Shown one piece after another: positions 34,741 through 35,489 of a stretch of 35,489 bases of DNA. Position 1 is the stretch's first letter; every line of letters starts with the position of its first letter. Position numbers and translations under genes: made by a program. Below the pieces are notes generated by a model. It ran no database searches. It saw only the letters and a program-made list of their open reading frames with translations, and was not told the DNA's origin. This stretch comes from a virus (taxonomy: Duplodnaviria > Caudoviricetes): IMG/VR virus record IMGVR_UViG_3300020044_000658, positions 1 to 35,489 of that record; one strand, 5' to 3'.

Positions 34741-35219
34741 TCGTCTAGTGACACGACAGATCGCTTGCGCAGGGCATCGAGCGCCATGCTTCCAAGGTCG
34801 ATGTTGACCAGGGGCGATTGCTTGTCTGAGAACTCCTCAGAGAGCTTGCTGGCCAGCCATGCGCGCCTGTCACAGCGTAGCTTGGCCAGCTGCACCTCTT
34901 GGATGGTGGCAGCGTCTGCAATGTCGATGGTTTGTTCTGCTAAACTTTGCGCTGCTCGCGTGCGTGCGCGTGCGTAGGCGGCCTGCCTCTCCGCGCCACC
35001 TCTCTCGACCCATCGGTCAAAAGTCGTATTCCCCACCCCTAATACCTTGCACAATGCGGAGATCGTGCCGCCACTGGCAATGAATTCGAGGATGGCATCT
35101 TCGCCACCAAACTTGTGGATGGCCTTGTTGGCCACGCTGATCTCAGCTTTTCTGGCTTGTGTTGCTGCGATATTCACAGCGCCTTGGTCGGCTATTTCAG
35201 CCAGTGTGTTGCGAGCCAT
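34731..35219 (-). CDS. terS: Terminase small subunit (Sf6/P22-like)
   Basis: ILEFIASGGTISALCKVLGV..TTF.RW HTH; YARAR...LAEQTIDIAD; AKLRCDRRAWLASKL. Confidence 0.85.
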   Translation of the reverse strand: MARNTLAEIADQGAVNIAATQARKAEISVANKAIHKFGGEDAILEFIASGGTISALCKVLGVGNTTFDRWVERGGAERQAAYARARTRAAQSLAEQTIDIADAATIQEVQLAKLRCDRRAWLASKLSEEFSDKQSPLVNIDLGSMALDALRKRSVVSLDDSA

Positions 35220-35489
35220 TCAGATATTCCTCGATTGATTTGATTGCTTCGGCAGCTGATCTGGCGACCACTGCTCGATACCCTTTTGCATTTAACTGCA
35301 AATTTACAGCACTTTGCTTGGCTGAGACCACACCGGTCTTGGTCTTCATCTCCACAAACAATGCATGAAACCCGTTTTTAGGCTCTAGAACGCATAAATC
35401 AGGCATCCCTGCTAAAACCCCTTCAGAATGCAATCTGACGCGCTCTGAGGCCGTTCTATCGCCTCCATTGGGTATTGCTGCAATGCTGA
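35197..35489 (-). CDS. VRR-NUC endonuclease, second allele, 5' truncated by the window end
   Basis: EGVLAGMPDLCVLEPKNGFHALFVEMK; near-duplicate of 305-588. Confidence 0.85.
   Translation of the reverse strand, partial: SIAAIPNGGDRTASERVRLHSEGVLAGMPDLCVLEPKNGFHALFVEMKTKTGVVSAKQSAVNLQLNAKGYRAVVARSAAEAIKSIEEYLNGSQHTG

Noticed and set aside
1-35489. Integrase/att sites, tRNAs, reverse transcriptase/DGR, introns or inteins
   Set aside because: No such motifs were recognised by eye, and TerL, portal and helicases are of normal size. A tRNAscan/Infernal run would be needed to fully exclude structured RNAs.

Overview
This window is an essentially complete, circularly permuted tailed-phage genome with a podovirus-like structural module (no long tape measure, sheath or tube genes). 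The two ends overlap as diverged direct repeats (about 108-588 vs 35009-35489, offset 34,901 bp), so the unit genome is about 34.9 kb. Gene order: VRR-NUC; origin-like iteron/DnaA-box region; primase-helicase; DUF2800 nuclease; SNF2 helicase; DUF2815 SSB; XRE regulator; C5 DNA methyltransferase; then a long minus-strand operon (TerS, TerL, small basic proteins, glycosyltransferases and a SAM methyltransferase, portal, scaffold, major capsid, adaptor, tail/fibre proteins, lysis cassette, metallophosphoesterase, gp10-like tail protein, ejection proteins). I found no integrase, DNA polymerase, tRNA or CRISPR array. Top observations: (1) a cytosine methyltransferase encoded as two almost completely overlapping polypeptides in different frames (EcoHK31I-like alpha/beta), both broken by one G11 tract that could be a phase switch or a homopolymer error; (2) strong TGGCCA/YGGCCR enrichment in the stretches counted, with GGCC absent from an apparently imported tail-fibre module; (3) DnaA-box clusters near the primase and next to TerS, one of them also present as an inverted copy at the window start; (4) glycosyltransferases inside the head module; (5) a HiPIP-like Cys protein between TerL and portal. 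All protein family calls come from motif recognition, not database searches.
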